A program made the position numbers and the translations under genes. The notes under the pieces are model-generated. The model was not told the DNA's origin, searched no databases, and worked only from the letters and a program-made list of their open reading frames with translations. Of a DNA stretch of 64,000 nucleotides, positions 38,184-49,115 are shown piece by piece; position 1 is the stretch's first letter, and the number at the start of each line of letters is the position of its first letter. The stretch comes from Chloroflexota bacterium (lineage in GTDB: Bacteria; Chloroflexota; Anaerolineae; UBA1429), in contig JAAYDC010000014.1 of NCBI GenBank assembly GCA_012729455.1, forward strand, positions 100,692 to 164,691, given 5' to 3'.

Positions 38184-40043
38184 ATGTTGACACAACGAAC
38201 TGATCTGCGCAATATCGCTATCATCGCTCATGTCGACCACGGCAAAACCACCCTGGTCGATGGGATGCTGCGTCAGGCACAGGTCTTTCGCGAAAACCAG
38301 GCGGTGGTTGAACGCGTGATGGATTCCAGCGACCTCGAGCGCGAACGCGGCATCACCATTCTGGCCAAGAACACTGCCATCAGCGTGTTCGACCGCACCG
38401 CCAACCAGACTGTCAAGATCAATATTGTCGATACCCCCGGCCATGCCGATTTTGGCGGCGAGGTCGAACGGGTGATGAACATGGTGGATGGTGTGCTGCT
38501 GCTGGTGGATGCCGCCGAAGGGCCCATGCCGCAGACGCGCTTTGTGCTCAAAAAAGCACTCGAGATGGGGCATCCTGCAGTGGTGGTGATCAACAAGGTG
38601 GACCGCACCAAAGCTGACCCTACCCGCACGCTCAACGCCACCTTTGACCTCTTTCTCGAGCTGGGTGCCAGCGAAGAACAAGCCGATTTCCCGGTGGTGT
38701 ATGCCAATGCCCTCACCGGCCAGGCCGGCCTGACGCCTGCCCTCAGCCCCAACCTGGCTCCCTTGCTTGAGACGATCCTGCGCCATGTGCCGGCCCCCAC
38801 CGTCGATCTGGAAGCGCCCTTTCGCATGCTGGTGACCAACCAGGGGCTTGACCCGTACCGCGGCGTCACTGCTATCGGGCGCATCTATGCGGGTACCCTA
38901 CAGGCCGGGCAAACGGTAGCGCGCATCTCGAGCAACGGCACCGTTGCGCGCGAACAGGTACGCTACCTGGGGGTTTACCAGGGGCTGGCGCTGCAGGATG
39001 CTCACTCGGCTCAAGCCGGTGAGATCATTAGCATCTCAGGATTGACGAGCATCGCCATTGGCGAGACCCTGGCGGATGCCGAAAACCCGCGGGCCTTGCC
39101 GGCCATCCACGTCGAAGAACCGACCGTCAGAATGACCTTTGGCGTCAACACCTCGCCGTTCAGCGGGCGTGAGGGCCGCTGGGGCACCTCGCGGAGGCTG
39201 CGCGAGCGCCTGTTTGAGGAGCTGCGCCACAATGTGGCGCTCAGGGTGCAGGATTCAGAGACTCCCGACACCTTTATCGTCTCGGGGCGCGGCGAGCTGC
39301 ACCTGGCGATCCTGATCGAGACCATGCGGCGCGAGGGTTATGAGTTCCAGGTATCGCGCCCGGAAGTAATTCTGCAGCATGGATCGGATGGCGAGCTGCT
39401 TGAGCCGTTCGAGAATGTCTATATCAAGACGCGCAGCGACACGGTGGGCACTGTGGTAGAGATGCTTGGATCCAGGCGCGGGCGCATGCTCAACATGCTG
39501 GATGGCGGTGACAACAGCGTGCACTGCGAGTTTCTGGTGCCGACACGCGGTATGATCGGCTTTCGCCACCAGTTCCTTTCGGCCACCCGCGGGCTCGGAA
39601 CCATGCACAGCATGTTTTACGCCTATGAACCCATGGCCGGGCCGATCGCAGCGCGCAGCAATGGGTCGCTGGTGGCCTGGGAGCCAGGGGTTACCACTAC
39701 CTATGGGCTCAAGAACGCCGAAGATCGAGGCGTGCTTTTTCTGGGGCCAGGGATCGAGGTTTACGAGGGCATGGTCGTCGGTGAACACCACAAGAGCACT
39801 GATCTGGCCGTCAATATCTGCAAGAAAAAGCACCTCACCAACATGCGCTCATCTACGCAGGATATTGAAGTGAGGCTAGTGACACCGCGGAGCATGAGCC
39901 TGGACGAGGCGATCGAGTACCTCGCCAACGATGAGTTGCTCGAGGTGACCCCGCAGAGCCTGCGCATCCGAAAGCGCGTGCTGGATACACACGAACGCGG
40001 CAAACAGGATAAAGTGGCGCGTCTGGCGGCAGGCAACGACTAG
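38184..40043 (+). CDS. typA: Translational GTPase TypA/BipA
   Basis: 619 aa. [23 protein letters not shown]-motifs. EF-G-like domains. Confidence 0.9.
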   Translation: MLTQRTDLRNIAIIAHVDHGKTTLVDGMLRQAQVFRENQAVVERVMDSSDLERERGITILAKNTAISVFDRTANQTVKINIVDTPGHADFGGEVERVMNMVDGVLLLVDAAEGPMPQTRFVLKKALEMGHPAVVVINKVDRTKADPTRTLNATFDLFLELGASEEQADFPVVYANALTGQAGLTPALSPNLAPLLETILRHVPAPTVDLEAPFRMLVTNQGLDPYRGVTAIGRIYAGTLQAGQTVARISSNGTVAREQVRYLGVYQGLALQDAHSAQAGEIISISGLTSIAIGETLADAENPRALPAIHVEEPTVRMTFGVNTSPFSGREGRWGTSRRLRERLFEELRHNVALRVQDSETPDTFIVSGRGELHLAILIETMRREGYEFQVSRPEVILQHGSDGELLEPFENVYIKTRSDTVGTVVEMLGSRRGRMLNMLDGGDNSVHCEFLVPTRGMIGFRHQFLSATRGLGTMHSMFYAYEPMAGPIAARSNGSLVAWEPGVTTTYGLKNAEDRGVLFLGPGIEVYEGMVVGEHHKSTDLAVNICKKKHLTNMRSSTQDIEVRLVTPRSMSLDEAIEYLANDELLEVTPQSLRIRKRVLDTHERGKQDKVARLAAGND

Positions 40044-40303
40044 TCGCGATGGCGGCGGGTTGCAATGCCGGTGACGGCTAAAAAGAGGATCGCGCCCAAT
40101 ACCGCCACGATAAAGCTCTTGAAATCCCAGCTGATGCTAAAGCTGCTGCCGGAAAGATAGCGAGCCAGGAACCCGCCGATCAGTGCGCCGGCGATGCCCA
40201 CCAGGATATTGACCAGGCAACCCGTGCGGCGCGAACGCCCTGTCAACAGGCTGGCGACCCACCCCGCCAATCCACCGAAAAGGATATAACTGAATAAACC
40301 CAT
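40040..40303 (-). CDS. GlsB/YeaQ/YmgE-family stress-response membrane protein
   Basis: 87 aa. GxxxG-rich transglycosylase-associated-protein family fold. Confidence 0.75.
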   Translation of the reverse strand: MGLFSYILFGGLAGWVASLLTGRSRRTGCLVNILVGIAGALIGGFLARYLSGSSFSISWDFKSFIVAVLGAILFLAVTGIATRRHRD

Positions 40304-40361
40304 TGTGCTCCCCAGGGGTCCAATCTGCTACCTTTTAATACGTTCAGGCAGCACCTGAGTA

Positions 40362-40404
40362 GCAAAAACAGGCTGCATAGCACAGTTGCTTGCGCAGCCT
40401 GTTA
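40362..40404 (-). terminator. Rho-independent terminator for the upstream (minus-strand) GlsB paralog
   Basis: 10-bp stem aacaggctgc / gcagcctgtt. The minus-strand reading is followed by TTTTTG. Confidence 0.55.
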
Positions 40405-40429
40405 GATACCAGTCGGGAGTATGTTCTGG

Positions 40430-40729
40430 TCAGCGCTGACGGGCCAGATACGCACGCCGGAAGATGGTGACGATCACCACCACTATGAGCGCTCCCACCA
40501 TTGACCAGAGCACGCGCTGCGGTGACCACTCGATGAGGCCCAGGAAGCCACCGAGGCCTTCTTCCGAGCGGCTCTTGATAATGACAGTGCTAACGATGCC
40601 GCCCAGAATACCACCGATGATGCCTAGTCCAATGTTGAAAAAGCAACCATACTCTTCATCAAGCCCGGCGACCAAAGTTGCGATCCAACCAATCAAGACT
40701 CCGAACACGATCCAACTGACTAGGCCCAT
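40430..40729 (-). CDS. GlsB/YeaQ/YmgE-family stress-response membrane protein (paralog)
   Basis: 99 aa. Same family as 40040..40303. Confidence 0.75.
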   Translation of the reverse strand: MGLVSWIVFGVLIGWIATLVAGLDEEYGCFFNIGLGIIGGILGGIVSTVIIKSRSEEGLGGFLGLIEWSPQRVLWSMVGALIVVVIVTIFRRAYLARQR

Positions 40730-40798
40730 GCTTTCCTCCTGCGTATAGATTGTTACACGTCAGCGTATCGGTGAATACCCACAGCATAGCTGAAACTG

Positions 40799-43700
40799 TT
40801 ATTTTCGTAAAGTCACGCGCACCTGGGCACCGCTATCCACCCGCGGCACACGGATAAACAGGATCCCCTGGCTGAACTGCCAAGCTCCGCTCGGATCCAT
40901 CCAGCCACCTGTGGTCAGGATTTCCTGGCCATTGATTAGCACGCTATCAGGACGGGCATCGAGCGGAGAAACCATCACCGTCGTGAACTCGCCCGGGATC
41001 TGCCCCAGAGCCAGATTGAGCACCTGACCTTCCATGCGAGCCGTCATGCCCGGCAACACCGAGCTGATGTGCAGCTTGCCCGCACCCAACGGCAGTATCT
41101 GGGTGAGCGCCTGCGCATGCGGGTGATCCTGTACCAACAACAGGCTCTGGTGCAAATAGGCTGGGATCAACCACCAGCTATATGCTTCTTCGCCGGTGAC
41201 GACGTCCCAGGCATCCGGATACATGCCCTCGAACTGCCCCTCGGTAGCCTGCATCTGGTAAGTGGCAATTGTAATGCCCTCTGCAAGTTTGCGCCAATCT
41301 ACAACTTTCGGCAAGCCCGCATTCTGTAGTTCGGTATCCAGGCTTTGCAGGCCGATGGCATAGTCGAGGCCGTTCCACATCACCGGTTTGCCGATCCACG
41401 GGTAACTATAGTTAGTGGCGCCAAACACGGGGATGGTGCCATAACTCATCAACTCTCTGTCGGGGGCGCTCCACATATAGATAAATGGTAACCCGGCGAG
41501 CGCCCAACGCTCGGCTGCCACCAGGTATTTGGTGTCCCCCGTCAGGCGGTAGCCCTCGACAAAGACCTGCGAGACCCAGGCGGAGGCCAGCAGGTCCGGC
41601 ACGTGCAACGGCAGCTCCCAGGTCTGCGCACCTTCGGGCCGCAGCGGCAGCGACATGAGGAAATCCAGCGCCTTGATGCTGGCATCTACCAGGTTTTTGT
41701 TGCCAGTGATGCGTGCCGAATAGATCACCTGCAGCGCATGGGTGGCCGTCCAGCCGCTCGAGGTATCGCCCAGCTCGCCAAAAGGCCTGCCAGTGCGATT
41801 TGATGGCGTAAAACTCCATGAGCCGTTATTCTGCTGAGCCTGCAAAAGCACCAGAGCGTTGATATAAGGTTTGGTCAAATCGGCGGTCGTATCGCCTCGC
41901 AGCATGGCCAGGGCATACTGATAGTACCACGGGGTCGGGCCGCCATTCGTGCCGATGGCATTGGTCGAGGCGCGTGCGACATCGCGCATCGCCTGGCCTT
42001 CAGCCGTTTCCGCCTGGTCGAGGCCAGCCAGCTCAAGGTGCAGCGCTACGGCGGCATTGGCGCCCGGCCCCCACGGATCCTGCAGGGCATAATGCCAGCC
42101 CTTGGACGGGGCATCATAGGTGCTCTTGAGGTAACCGACCAGGTCGTGCTGGTTCGCCGCCTCATAACCGCCGGCCAGCTCGGGTAGATCGGGCAGGGTG
42201 TGCTGTCGCAGCCAGACATCGAGAGGCGCCAACGGATCGGCAGCCGTGTCGGCAAACAGTTGGGCGTGCAACTGCAGCGTTTCGTCAGCCTTGAGCTCCA
42301 ACCCACCCGCCAGAATATCGCGGTTTTCGGGCAGGCCGGCGGTGGCGCCCGGTACGAACAGGCGCATCAGATGGTTTTCCTGCCCCTGCCAGCTGTTGGG
42401 TGAGGCAAACAGCACGGCCGGACGGTCATGCTCGGCATCCCACTTTTCGAGCGGATCCCAGATCAGGCCGGTGGTCATGCCGTCGACCGTCACCGCCATA
42501 AAGGGGATCGTGACCTTGTTGGGGTGCGGTACATAGCGCTGGGCAACGGAGGTGTCAAAGTAGTCGTCGCCCGAACTCTGCTCGGTGCCCAGCAGGTATT
42601 CCAACCCTGGGAAGAGGGCGCTGTCGCGGGTCGTGCCAAATGAGCCCTCGCCCGCCAAGTATTCAGGCCCCACCCAAGCCAGCAGCCTGGTTGTCTGCGA
42701 AGCCTTGAGCCGATAGCGCATATCGATCAGGTTCGAGTTGGGCTTGATGCTGAACGACGTCTCCGCCTGCCAAAGGGTGCCGTCGCTATCGGTAAAGGTA
42801 CTGGTAAAGGTGAGGTCGTTGCCGTTCACGGTGCCTTCGGCGGCATACAGCAGGATGCGCCGCTCGGCCTGTTCTTTGTCGAGGTAGGCGATCTGCCCCA
42901 GCGAGCTCATGCGCCCGGCGATGCGCCAGTTCGTGCCGTCGAACCACTCTACAGTGCCGACGCCATAGCCAAAGCTGTTCTTGGGAAAGCTGATGCGCAG
43001 GGTTTCGTTACCAATTGTCAGCGCAGTGCCGTTAGCGCTTTTTTCCAGCACCACCGCGGCTTGCTTGATAATCGTCTCGGCGGATTTCAGGTAATACTGA
43101 AAGACGCCTTCCGGACCCTGCAGCATCCAGGTGAGGGTCATGCTCTCGCCAGCCTGCAGAGCGTTGAGCGCGACCGAGGGGGTGCCTTCGGTGAGCTTTA
43201 ATTCCTGGTCAGCTGCCAGCGCGAGGCTCTCACCCTCCAGCACCTGATCGCCGACGTTGCGCACCACCGCGCGCACCTGGAAAGGTCGGTTCTCGGGCAA
43301 GATGGCTGCCTGAGTACTGAGCCATTCCACAGCCAGCTTGGCCGGTGCCGGGCCCATCAGTCGGATGTATTCGATGGCCAGTTCAGCGCCCTCATTGTTG
43401 GAAGGATCCAGTCGCACGCGCGTGATCTTGCCCGTCCAGTTGGCACTGTTCTTGACAGCCACCACATAGGTGTGCCAGGCGTTGTCAGCCTCGACAGCAA
43501 AGTGCATCGAACTGCCCTCGTTAAAGGCCTCGCCGTCGACTTCCCAAAAGATCTGCGCATCGGCACCCTTGCTGGAACGCATGCGCACCACAATATAGGG
43601 CGCAGTTTCGGCCTCGATGGCGATAGCCGGGCCGACCATGTACGGGTCGCCACCGGTCGAGCCGGTGACAATGCCCTCCTGGTTGGTCTCGAAAAGGCGC

Positions 43701-43939
43701 AAGTCGTGCGTGGCTACCCAGCCGAGTGCCTGGGCAGACTTGGCAAACTCCCAGCCATGGACGACCTCGGCCGAGAGCACCGGATCGTCATCGGGAAGCG
43801 GTTGGATTGCCTCACTGGTGTTAGCCACTTGGGGCGAGGGCGTATCAGGGCTCGCCGGGGCGGGGTTGGTGCAGCTCGCCAGGAGCATGCTCAGCGCCAG
43901 GACTATAAGCCAGAGTTTATCACTGATTTTAGTCTTCAT
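40799..43939 (-). CDS. Large secreted lipoprotein with an alpha/alpha-toroid-like C-terminal region; putative polysaccharide-active enzyme, function unknown
   Basis: Start at MKTKISDKLWLIVLALSMLLASCT (lipobox). 1046 aa. Helix-hairpin-rich region WYYQYALAMLRGD...NGSWSF. Confidence 0.55.
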   Translation of the reverse strand: MKTKISDKLWLIVLALSMLLASCTNPAPASPDTPSPQVANTSEAIQPLPDDDPVLSAEVVHGWEFAKSAQALGWVATHDLRLFETNQEGIVTGSTGGDPYMVGPAIAIEAETAPYIVVRMRSSKGADAQIFWEVDGEAFNEGSSMHFAVEADNAWHTYVVAVKNSANWTGKITRVRLDPSNNEGAELAIEYIRLMGPAPAKLAVEWLSTQAAILPENRPFQVRAVVRNVGDQVLEGESLALAADQELKLTEGTPSVALNALQAGESMTLTWMLQGPEGVFQYYLKSAETIIKQAAVVLEKSANGTALTIGNETLRISFPKNSFGYGVGTVEWFDGTNWRIAGRMSSLGQIAYLDKEQAERRILLYAAEGTVNGNDLTFTSTFTDSDGTLWQAETSFSIKPNSNLIDMRYRLKASQTTRLLAWVGPEYLAGEGSFGTTRDSALFPGLEYLLGTEQSSGDDYFDTSVAQRYVPHPNKVTIPFMAVTVDGMTTGLIWDPLEKWDAEHDRPAVLFASPNSWQGQENHLMRLFVPGATAGLPENRDILAGGLELKADETLQLHAQLFADTAADPLAPLDVWLRQHTLPDLPELAGGYEAANQHDLVGYLKSTYDAPSKGWHYALQDPWGPGANAAVALHLELAGLDQAETAEGQAMRDVARASTNAIGTNGGPTPWYYQYALAMLRGDTTADLTKPYINALVLLQAQQNNGSWSFTPSNRTGRPFGELGDTSSGWTATHALQVIYSARITGNKNLVDASIKALDFLMSLPLRPEGAQTWELPLHVPDLLASAWVSQVFVEGYRLTGDTKYLVAAERWALAGLPFIYMWSAPDRELMSYGTIPVFGATNYSYPWIGKPVMWNGLDYAIGLQSLDTELQNAGLPKVVDWRKLAEGITIATYQMQATEGQFEGMYPDAWDVVTGEEAYSWWLIPAYLHQSLLLVQDHPHAQALTQILPLGAGKLHISSVLPGMTARMEGQVLNLALGQIPGEFTTVMVSPLDARPDSVLINGQEILTTGGWMDPSGAWQFSQGILFIRVPRVDSGAQVRVTLRK

Positions 43940-43941
43940 TA

Positions 43942-45429
43942 TCACCGCCAAAGGAAATGGTAGGCAACACTTGGCGGACTGATCTCCACCGGCATGTTGC
44001 TGCCAGGTTTTATTTCGACGACTTGCACTTGCCAGCGACCAGAGAGGGGCGCGCGTTCGGCCTTGTAGAAACCGAGCGGCGGCCTCCAACTGGTAGCTTT
44101 GCTGTAAAAGACCTCGGGGGCTTGCTGGCTGGTCGAGCTCCACACACTCACGCGGTACCAGTGATCCTTCTGGAGTATCCCGACCGACATCCAGTTGAAC
44201 AGTACATCGGCATTCTCGCCCTCAAAAGCCGAACGGTTGACCGGCGCCAGCAGGACCGGGCGCCCATACACATAATCGGCTGACTTGGTCGCAGTCGGCC
44301 AGGGTGTGATCGTGGGGCGCGCCGGCTCGGGCGTGCTTTCTGCGGTGGGCTCGGGGGTGTCCTCAGCCGTCGGTGCGGGCATCTGCCCGGGAATTATCAG
44401 TTCCTGGCCAAGCTTCAGCTCGGCACCCACCGTCAGGTTGTTAGCGGCTGCCAACTCTTCGATGCTGATGCCAAATTTGTCGGCGATCAACTGCAGATAG
44501 TCGCCCGCCTGGGCGGTATAGATGATCTCACCGAGGATAGGCGTGGCAGCGGGTGTAGCAGATTGCTCGCCCTCGGGTACCGCCGTCGCAGTGGAGGCGA
44601 CTGTCACGTTGGGGATCGTCAGTTTCTGGCCTATCGACAATATCGAGTTCTTGGTGATGCCGTTGGCCTCGGCGATCGCCTCCCAGGTCACACCATATTG
44701 CGCGGCGATCGTATCGATGTTATCTCCGCTCACCACGATATGCTGGATATCAGCCAGCACAGTGGCTGCAGTCGGCTCTGGTGTGTCGTTCGGCGCTGCG
44801 GTCGGCTCAGGCGGCGGAGTCGGGATGATCAACACCTGGTCGGGTTTGAGCACGACATCGGCCGTCAGATCGTTAACCGCCAAGAGCTCCTTGACCGAAA
44901 TGCCAAACGATTCGGCGATCAGCTCAGGGTAGTCACCCGCCTGCACGGTATAACGGCGCGGTTCGGGCGCCGCGGTACTTGAGGTCGCCGTCGGGGTATT
45001 CTCAGCGGTAGGTTCGGGAACGGGGTCATCACGCGGGATGATCAGTTCCTGCCCGGGCGTTATCACGGCATCTTCGGTCAGGTTGTTGGCCGCCAACAGC
45101 TTTTCAAGCGAGATATCGAGCTTTTCAGAGATCAACCCCAAATAGTCGCCCGCCACCACGGTATAGGTAGCCGGCAGTGGTGTGGGTGGGATAGGTGTCT
45201 CGGTGGAGGTCGGTGTAGGGGCAGGGGTAGCCGTGGGAACACTCGTATTGGTGGGGCTGGGCGTAGCTGTCGCGGTGGACGCCTGTGTGGCTGTAGCAGC
45301 AGCCGGCGGCATCGCAGTTGGCGGTGTACTCTGGCAACCGACCAGCACGAGCAATGTCAGCCCCAGGCAGATCACCCGCCAGCGGCTAGGCCGGACGAGC
45401 CCCGCAACATATACAAGAACAGTGCTCAT
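43942..45429 (-). CDS. Secreted lipoprotein with four LysM peptidoglycan-binding repeats separated by Pro/Thr-rich linkers
   Basis: Start MSTVLVYVAG...LVGCQS. Four YTVxAGDYLxLIAxKFGIS...LLAANNL repeats. C-terminal unknown domain. Confidence 0.75.
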   Translation of the reverse strand: MSTVLVYVAGLVRPSRWRVICLGLTLLVLVGCQSTPPTAMPPAAATATQASTATATPSPTNTSVPTATPAPTPTSTETPIPPTPLPATYTVVAGDYLGLISEKLDISLEKLLAANNLTEDAVITPGQELIIPRDDPVPEPTAENTPTATSSTAAPEPRRYTVQAGDYPELIAESFGISVKELLAVNDLTADVVLKPDQVLIIPTPPPEPTAAPNDTPEPTAATVLADIQHIVVSGDNIDTIAAQYGVTWEAIAEANGITKNSILSIGQKLTIPNVTVASTATAVPEGEQSATPAATPILGEIIYTAQAGDYLQLIADKFGISIEELAAANNLTVGAELKLGQELIIPGQMPAPTAEDTPEPTAESTPEPARPTITPWPTATKSADYVYGRPVLLAPVNRSAFEGENADVLFNWMSVGILQKDHWYRVSVWSSTSQQAPEVFYSKATSWRPPLGFYKAERAPLSGRWQVQVVEIKPGSNMPVEISPPSVAYHFLWR

Positions 45430-45448
45430 ATCATCATCGTATAAGCAG

Positions 45449-46009
45449 TCAGTTAAGGTCAAGGTCAGCAGCAATACTCCGCAGCGCGATAATCACATGG
45501 GCAATATGGTCTTGCAGATCGATCCCCAGATCCTGAGCTCCCTGCTCGATATCCTGGCGATTGACCCCACGCGCAAAAGCCTTGTCTTTCCACTTTTTCT
45601 TGACGGACGATACCTCCAGCGCGTTGATGCTTTTATCGGGACGCACCATCGCGCAGGCGATCAAAAGGCCGGTCAGTTCGTCGACGGCGTAGAGGGCTTT
45701 ATCCATCAGGTGCAAGCGCGGCGCCGATTCATCGGTACCGTGGCTCTGCACCGCATAGATGATATCTTCCGGCCAACCGAGCTCCCTCAGCAGCGCCACA
45801 CCAGCCATCGGGTGTTCGTCGAGAGTCGGGTGCTCTTCAAAATCCACATCGTGGATCAGCCCGGTGATGCCCCAGCGCTCGACGGGTTCGTTAAAGTGGG
45901 CAGCGTAATGGCGCATGGCCGCTTCAACAGCCAGGGCATGTTTGAGCAGGCTAGGATTCTTGGTGTGCTGGGTCAACAGCTCCCAGGCGTCTGAACGCGT
46001 TGGTTCCAT
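45449..46009 (-). CDS. HD-domain metal-dependent phosphohydrolase
   Basis: 186 aa. H...HD motif GLIHDVD. Additional His/Asp ligands. Confidence 0.7.
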   Translation of the reverse strand: MEPTRSDAWELLTQHTKNPSLLKHALAVEAAMRHYAAHFNEPVERWGITGLIHDVDFEEHPTLDEHPMAGVALLRELGWPEDIIYAVQSHGTDESAPRLHLMDKALYAVDELTGLLIACAMVRPDKSINALEVSSVKKKWKDKAFARGVNRQDIEQGAQDLGIDLQDHIAHVIIALRSIAADLDLN

Positions 46010-46016
46010 ATGGCTC

Positions 46017-46721
46017 CTAAAGTGCCTCGCGCTGCAGCTGCATCAGTTGCGTGATGCCGCGCTGTGCGAGAACGAGTAATTCGTCGAGGCGTTGCCGGCT
46101 AAATGGCTCGCGCTCGGCAGTGCCCTGCAGTTCGATCAATTCACCGCTGCCGGTCATTACGACGTTCATGTCGGTCTCGGCATGCGAGTCTTCAGTATAG
46201 CACAAATCGAGCAGGGCGTCTCCGGCAACGATGCCCACACTCACCGCCGCCACCTGCTGACGCAGTACCTGCGCGGGCAGTTCGCCTTGCGCCACCAGCT
46301 TGCCGAGTGCCAGCGCCAGGGCAACATAGCCGCCGGTGATGGCCGCCGTGCGCGTGCCGCCATCGGCCTGCAGCACGTCGCAATCCACGATCACCGACCG
46401 CTCACCCAGGGCTGCCAGGTCGACGGCCATGCGCAGGCTGCGCCCCACCAGGCGCTGGATCTCCTGGCTGCGCCCAGAGATGCCCTTGGTCTCGCGCAGC
46501 GTGCGCGTCTGGGTGGATCGCGGCAGCATGGCGTATTCGCCCGTCACCCAGCCCGTGCCGCGGCCAGCCATCCAGGGCAGCACGCTGGTCTCGACGGTTG
46601 CGGCACACAGCACAGCTGTCTTGCCAAAACGGATCAGCGCCGAGCCCTCGGCGTATTCCAGATAGCCCGTCTCGATCGAAACCGGACGCAAGGCATCATT
46701 AGCACGCCCATCAATGCGCAT
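46017..46721 (-). CDS. rph: Ribonuclease PH
   Basis: [35 protein letters not shown]... 234 aa. Confidence 0.9.
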   Translation of the reverse strand: MRIDGRANDALRPVSIETGYLEYAEGSALIRFGKTAVLCAATVETSVLPWMAGRGTGWVTGEYAMLPRSTQTRTLRETKGISGRSQEIQRLVGRSLRMAVDLAALGERSVIVDCDVLQADGGTRTAAITGGYVALALALGKLVAQGELPAQVLRQQVAAVSVGIVAGDALLDLCYTEDSHAETDMNVVMTGSGELIELQGTAEREPFSRQRLDELLVLAQRGITQLMQLQREAL

Positions 46722-47316
46722 CCTGACCTCGCTCTTGGTAATAGGCGCGTCCCGCTTGTAAGGCGCGCAAGTTCGCCTCCAGGAAGCGTTCCGGCACGCT
46801 CAGCTCGAGCGCCTGGCGTATGAGGGCATCATTCAAGCCATATTGGGCAGCCAGAACCCCCAACATGACCACATTGTTGGTGCGGCTCTCACCAGCCTGG
46901 ATAGCCAGCTGCATGGCTGGCACGCTGATGGAATGCACGTCTGCCAGATATCCACTCACCGCGTCGTTTGAAGGGTATTGGGCGCGACCCATCGTAACGG
47001 CTACCGGATTGATGCGATAGTCGCTTATCAGGGCAATGCCGCCCGGCTTGAGCCAATGCAGGCTGCGCAGCGCCTCGAGCTGCTCGAGGGCGATCACACA
47101 GTCGGCCTCGCCCGCCACAAACACCGGCGAAAAAACCTGGCTGCCCCAGCGCACCTGGCTGGAGACGCTGCCACCGCGCTGTGCCATCCCGTGGATCTCG
47201 GACTTTTTCACATCCAGCCCCTGCAGCATGCCGAGGGTGGCAATCACATCGGCCGCCAAGAGCGTCCCCTGGCCGCCTACACCTACAACGTAAAAGTTGC
47301 GCGTCAGGTCACCCAT
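46711..47316 (-). CDS. iorB: Indolepyruvate ferredoxin oxidoreductase beta subunit
   Basis: Start [24 protein letters not shown] (gamma-domain fold). ATGA overlap with iorA. Confidence 0.8.
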   Translation of the reverse strand: MGDLTRNFYVVGVGGQGTLLAADVIATLGMLQGLDVKKSEIHGMAQRGGSVSSQVRWGSQVFSPVFVAGEADCVIALEQLEALRSLHWLKPGGIALISDYRINPVAVTMGRAQYPSNDAVSGYLADVHSISVPAMQLAIQAGESRTNNVVMLGVLAAQYGLNDALIRQALELSVPERFLEANLRALQAGRAYYQERGQDAH

Positions 47317-49115
47317 CACAGCCCTCCCTGTTCGTCGAGCTGGCGGCGGAAGAGAATGGCATGCGTGGGACACACCTGTGCACAGATTTCGCAGCCGGCA
47401 CACAAAAGCGGGTCGATACGCGTCTTGGCGCGTCCCGTCTTAGGGTAGAGCTCGCTGGAAAGCGCCAGCGCCGGGCAGCTGATGCGTCGGCAGATACCGC
47501 ACGCGATGCATTTTTCGGCGTCGACCTTTAGAGGGCGATAGTTGCGGCGGTTTTCGGGCAGCAGCGCGCAACCATGTCGGGCGATCACCACGGAGGGCTC
47601 GTCGAGTGCCAGGCAGTGCCGCAGGATCGATTCGGTCTCTTCAAGCTTGTACGGGTCGATGGTATAGACCTCGTCAATCCCCATAGCCCGCACCAGCGAC
47701 TTGAAGTCGAGTTCGTGCGCCGGCAGACCCTGCAGGGTCTTGCCGCTGCCGGGGTTGTCTTGATGCCCCGTCATAGCGGTGGTGCGGTTATCCAGGATAA
47801 TGGTCAGGAGGGGTGTACGATTATACACCACGTTCAGGAGCGCCGGCATGCCGGAATGCATAAAGGTCGAATCACCGATCACCGCCACATTTTGTTCGGC
47901 GACGCCGGCCTTGAGCACCCCATGCGCCACACCAATGCTGGCACCCATACAACCCATCGTATGGAGCGCGGCCAGCGGCTCGGTATATCCCAGGGTATAG
48001 CAGCCAATATCGCCGTTGACGATGACTTTGAGCTTGTGCAGGATTGTAAAGATGCCTCTGTGCGGGCAGCCCGGGCAGAGCACTGGCGGGCGCTGCGGCA
48101 GATCCGGGATAGCTTGCATTGCTGGCTGGGGTTTAGCCGGCAACAGCCCGGCCCGCACGAGACCCGCTCGCACCAGCTCTGGGCTGAGCTCGCCTACCAG
48201 CGGAAAAAGGCTTTTGCCCTCACAGGCAATGCCGGCTTGCTGGAGCGCTTCTTCAAGCACTGGATCGAGCTCTTCCACCACGACCAGCCGTTCGACACTG
48301 GCCGCAAACCGGCGCAGCGCCTCCATCGGCAGCGGATAGCACATGCCGACTTTGAAGTATGAAGCATCAGGCAGTACTTCGCGGACATACTGGTAGGCCA
48401 CCCCACTGGTGACAATACCCACCCTGCACGAGCCCGCTATATGCTGGTTGACCTCCAACTGGTTAGCGGCAGCCTCCAGCCTGGACACGGTAGCTTCAAG
48501 AACCGGGTGGCGGTGGCGCGCGTTGGCGGGTACCATCACATACTTGCTGGTATTGATCGGAAAGGGAGGCGGTTCGCTGCCCTGCTCGAGGCGGTCGGGC
48601 ACAGCCACCGCCACCGAGTGCGAATGCGAGATACGCGTCACCAACCGTACCATTACTGGCACGTCGTAGTCTTCAGAGAGCTGAAAGGCCAGTTGCATCA
48701 TATCCAGGCATTCCTGGCTGTCGCTGGGTTCCAGGCAGGGCACACGCGCGAATTTGGCGTAACGGCGGCTATCCTGCTCGCCCTGCGAAGAGTACATGCC
48801 GGGATCATCCGCTACCACGACCACCAGACCGGCCTGCATGCCCGTTAGTGCGGCATAAAAGAACGAGTCAGCCGCCACATTCAGCCCTACATGCTTCATC
48901 ACGGCCATGGCACGCTGGCCGGCATAAGCCGCCCCGATGGCCACATCTAATGCTATCTTTTCATTGGGAGACCACTCGGTATATACCCCAGGCATGCCGG
49001 CAAGGTGCTCAAGGATCTCGGTCGACGGCGTACCGGGGTAGCCGGCCGCCACACGCACTCCGGCTGCCCAGGCGCCATGCGCCACAGCCTGGTTACCCTG
49101 CATCAAGCGCTTCAA
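47316..49115 (-). CDS. iorA: Indolepyruvate ferredoxin oxidoreductase alpha subunit (TPP and 2x[4Fe-4S])
   Basis: 599 aa. C-terminal CIACGICRRISCP and CAGCEICAQVCP. Confidence 0.85.
   Translation of the reverse strand: MKRLMQGNQAVAHGAWAAGVRVAAGYPGTPSTEILEHLAGMPGVYTEWSPNEKIALDVAIGAAYAGQRAMAVMKHVGLNVAADSFFYAALTGMQAGLVVVVADDPGMYSSQGEQDSRRYAKFARVPCLEPSDSQECLDMMQLAFQLSEDYDVPVMVRLVTRISHSHSVAVAVPDRLEQGSEPPPFPINTSKYVMVPANARHRHPVLEATVSRLEAAANQLEVNQHIAGSCRVGIVTSGVAYQYVREVLPDASYFKVGMCYPLPMEALRRFAASVERLVVVEELDPVLEEALQQAGIACEGKSLFPLVGELSPELVRAGLVRAGLLPAKPQPAMQAIPDLPQRPPVLCPGCPHRGIFTILHKLKVIVNGDIGCYTLGYTEPLAALHTMGCMGASIGVAHGVLKAGVAEQNVAVIGDSTFMHSGMPALLNVVYNRTPLLTIILDNRTTAMTGHQDNPGSGKTLQGLPAHELDFKSLVRAMGIDEVYTIDPYKLEETESILRHCLALDEPSVVIARHGCALLPENRRNYRPLKVDAEKCIACGICRRISCPALALSSELYPKTGRAKTRIDPLLCAGCEICAQVCPTHAILFRRQLDEQGGL

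Noticed and set aside
44280-45300. Four ~130-nt repeats
   Set aside because: These are intragenic LysM domain repeats with PT linkers, not a mobile or CRISPR repeat array.
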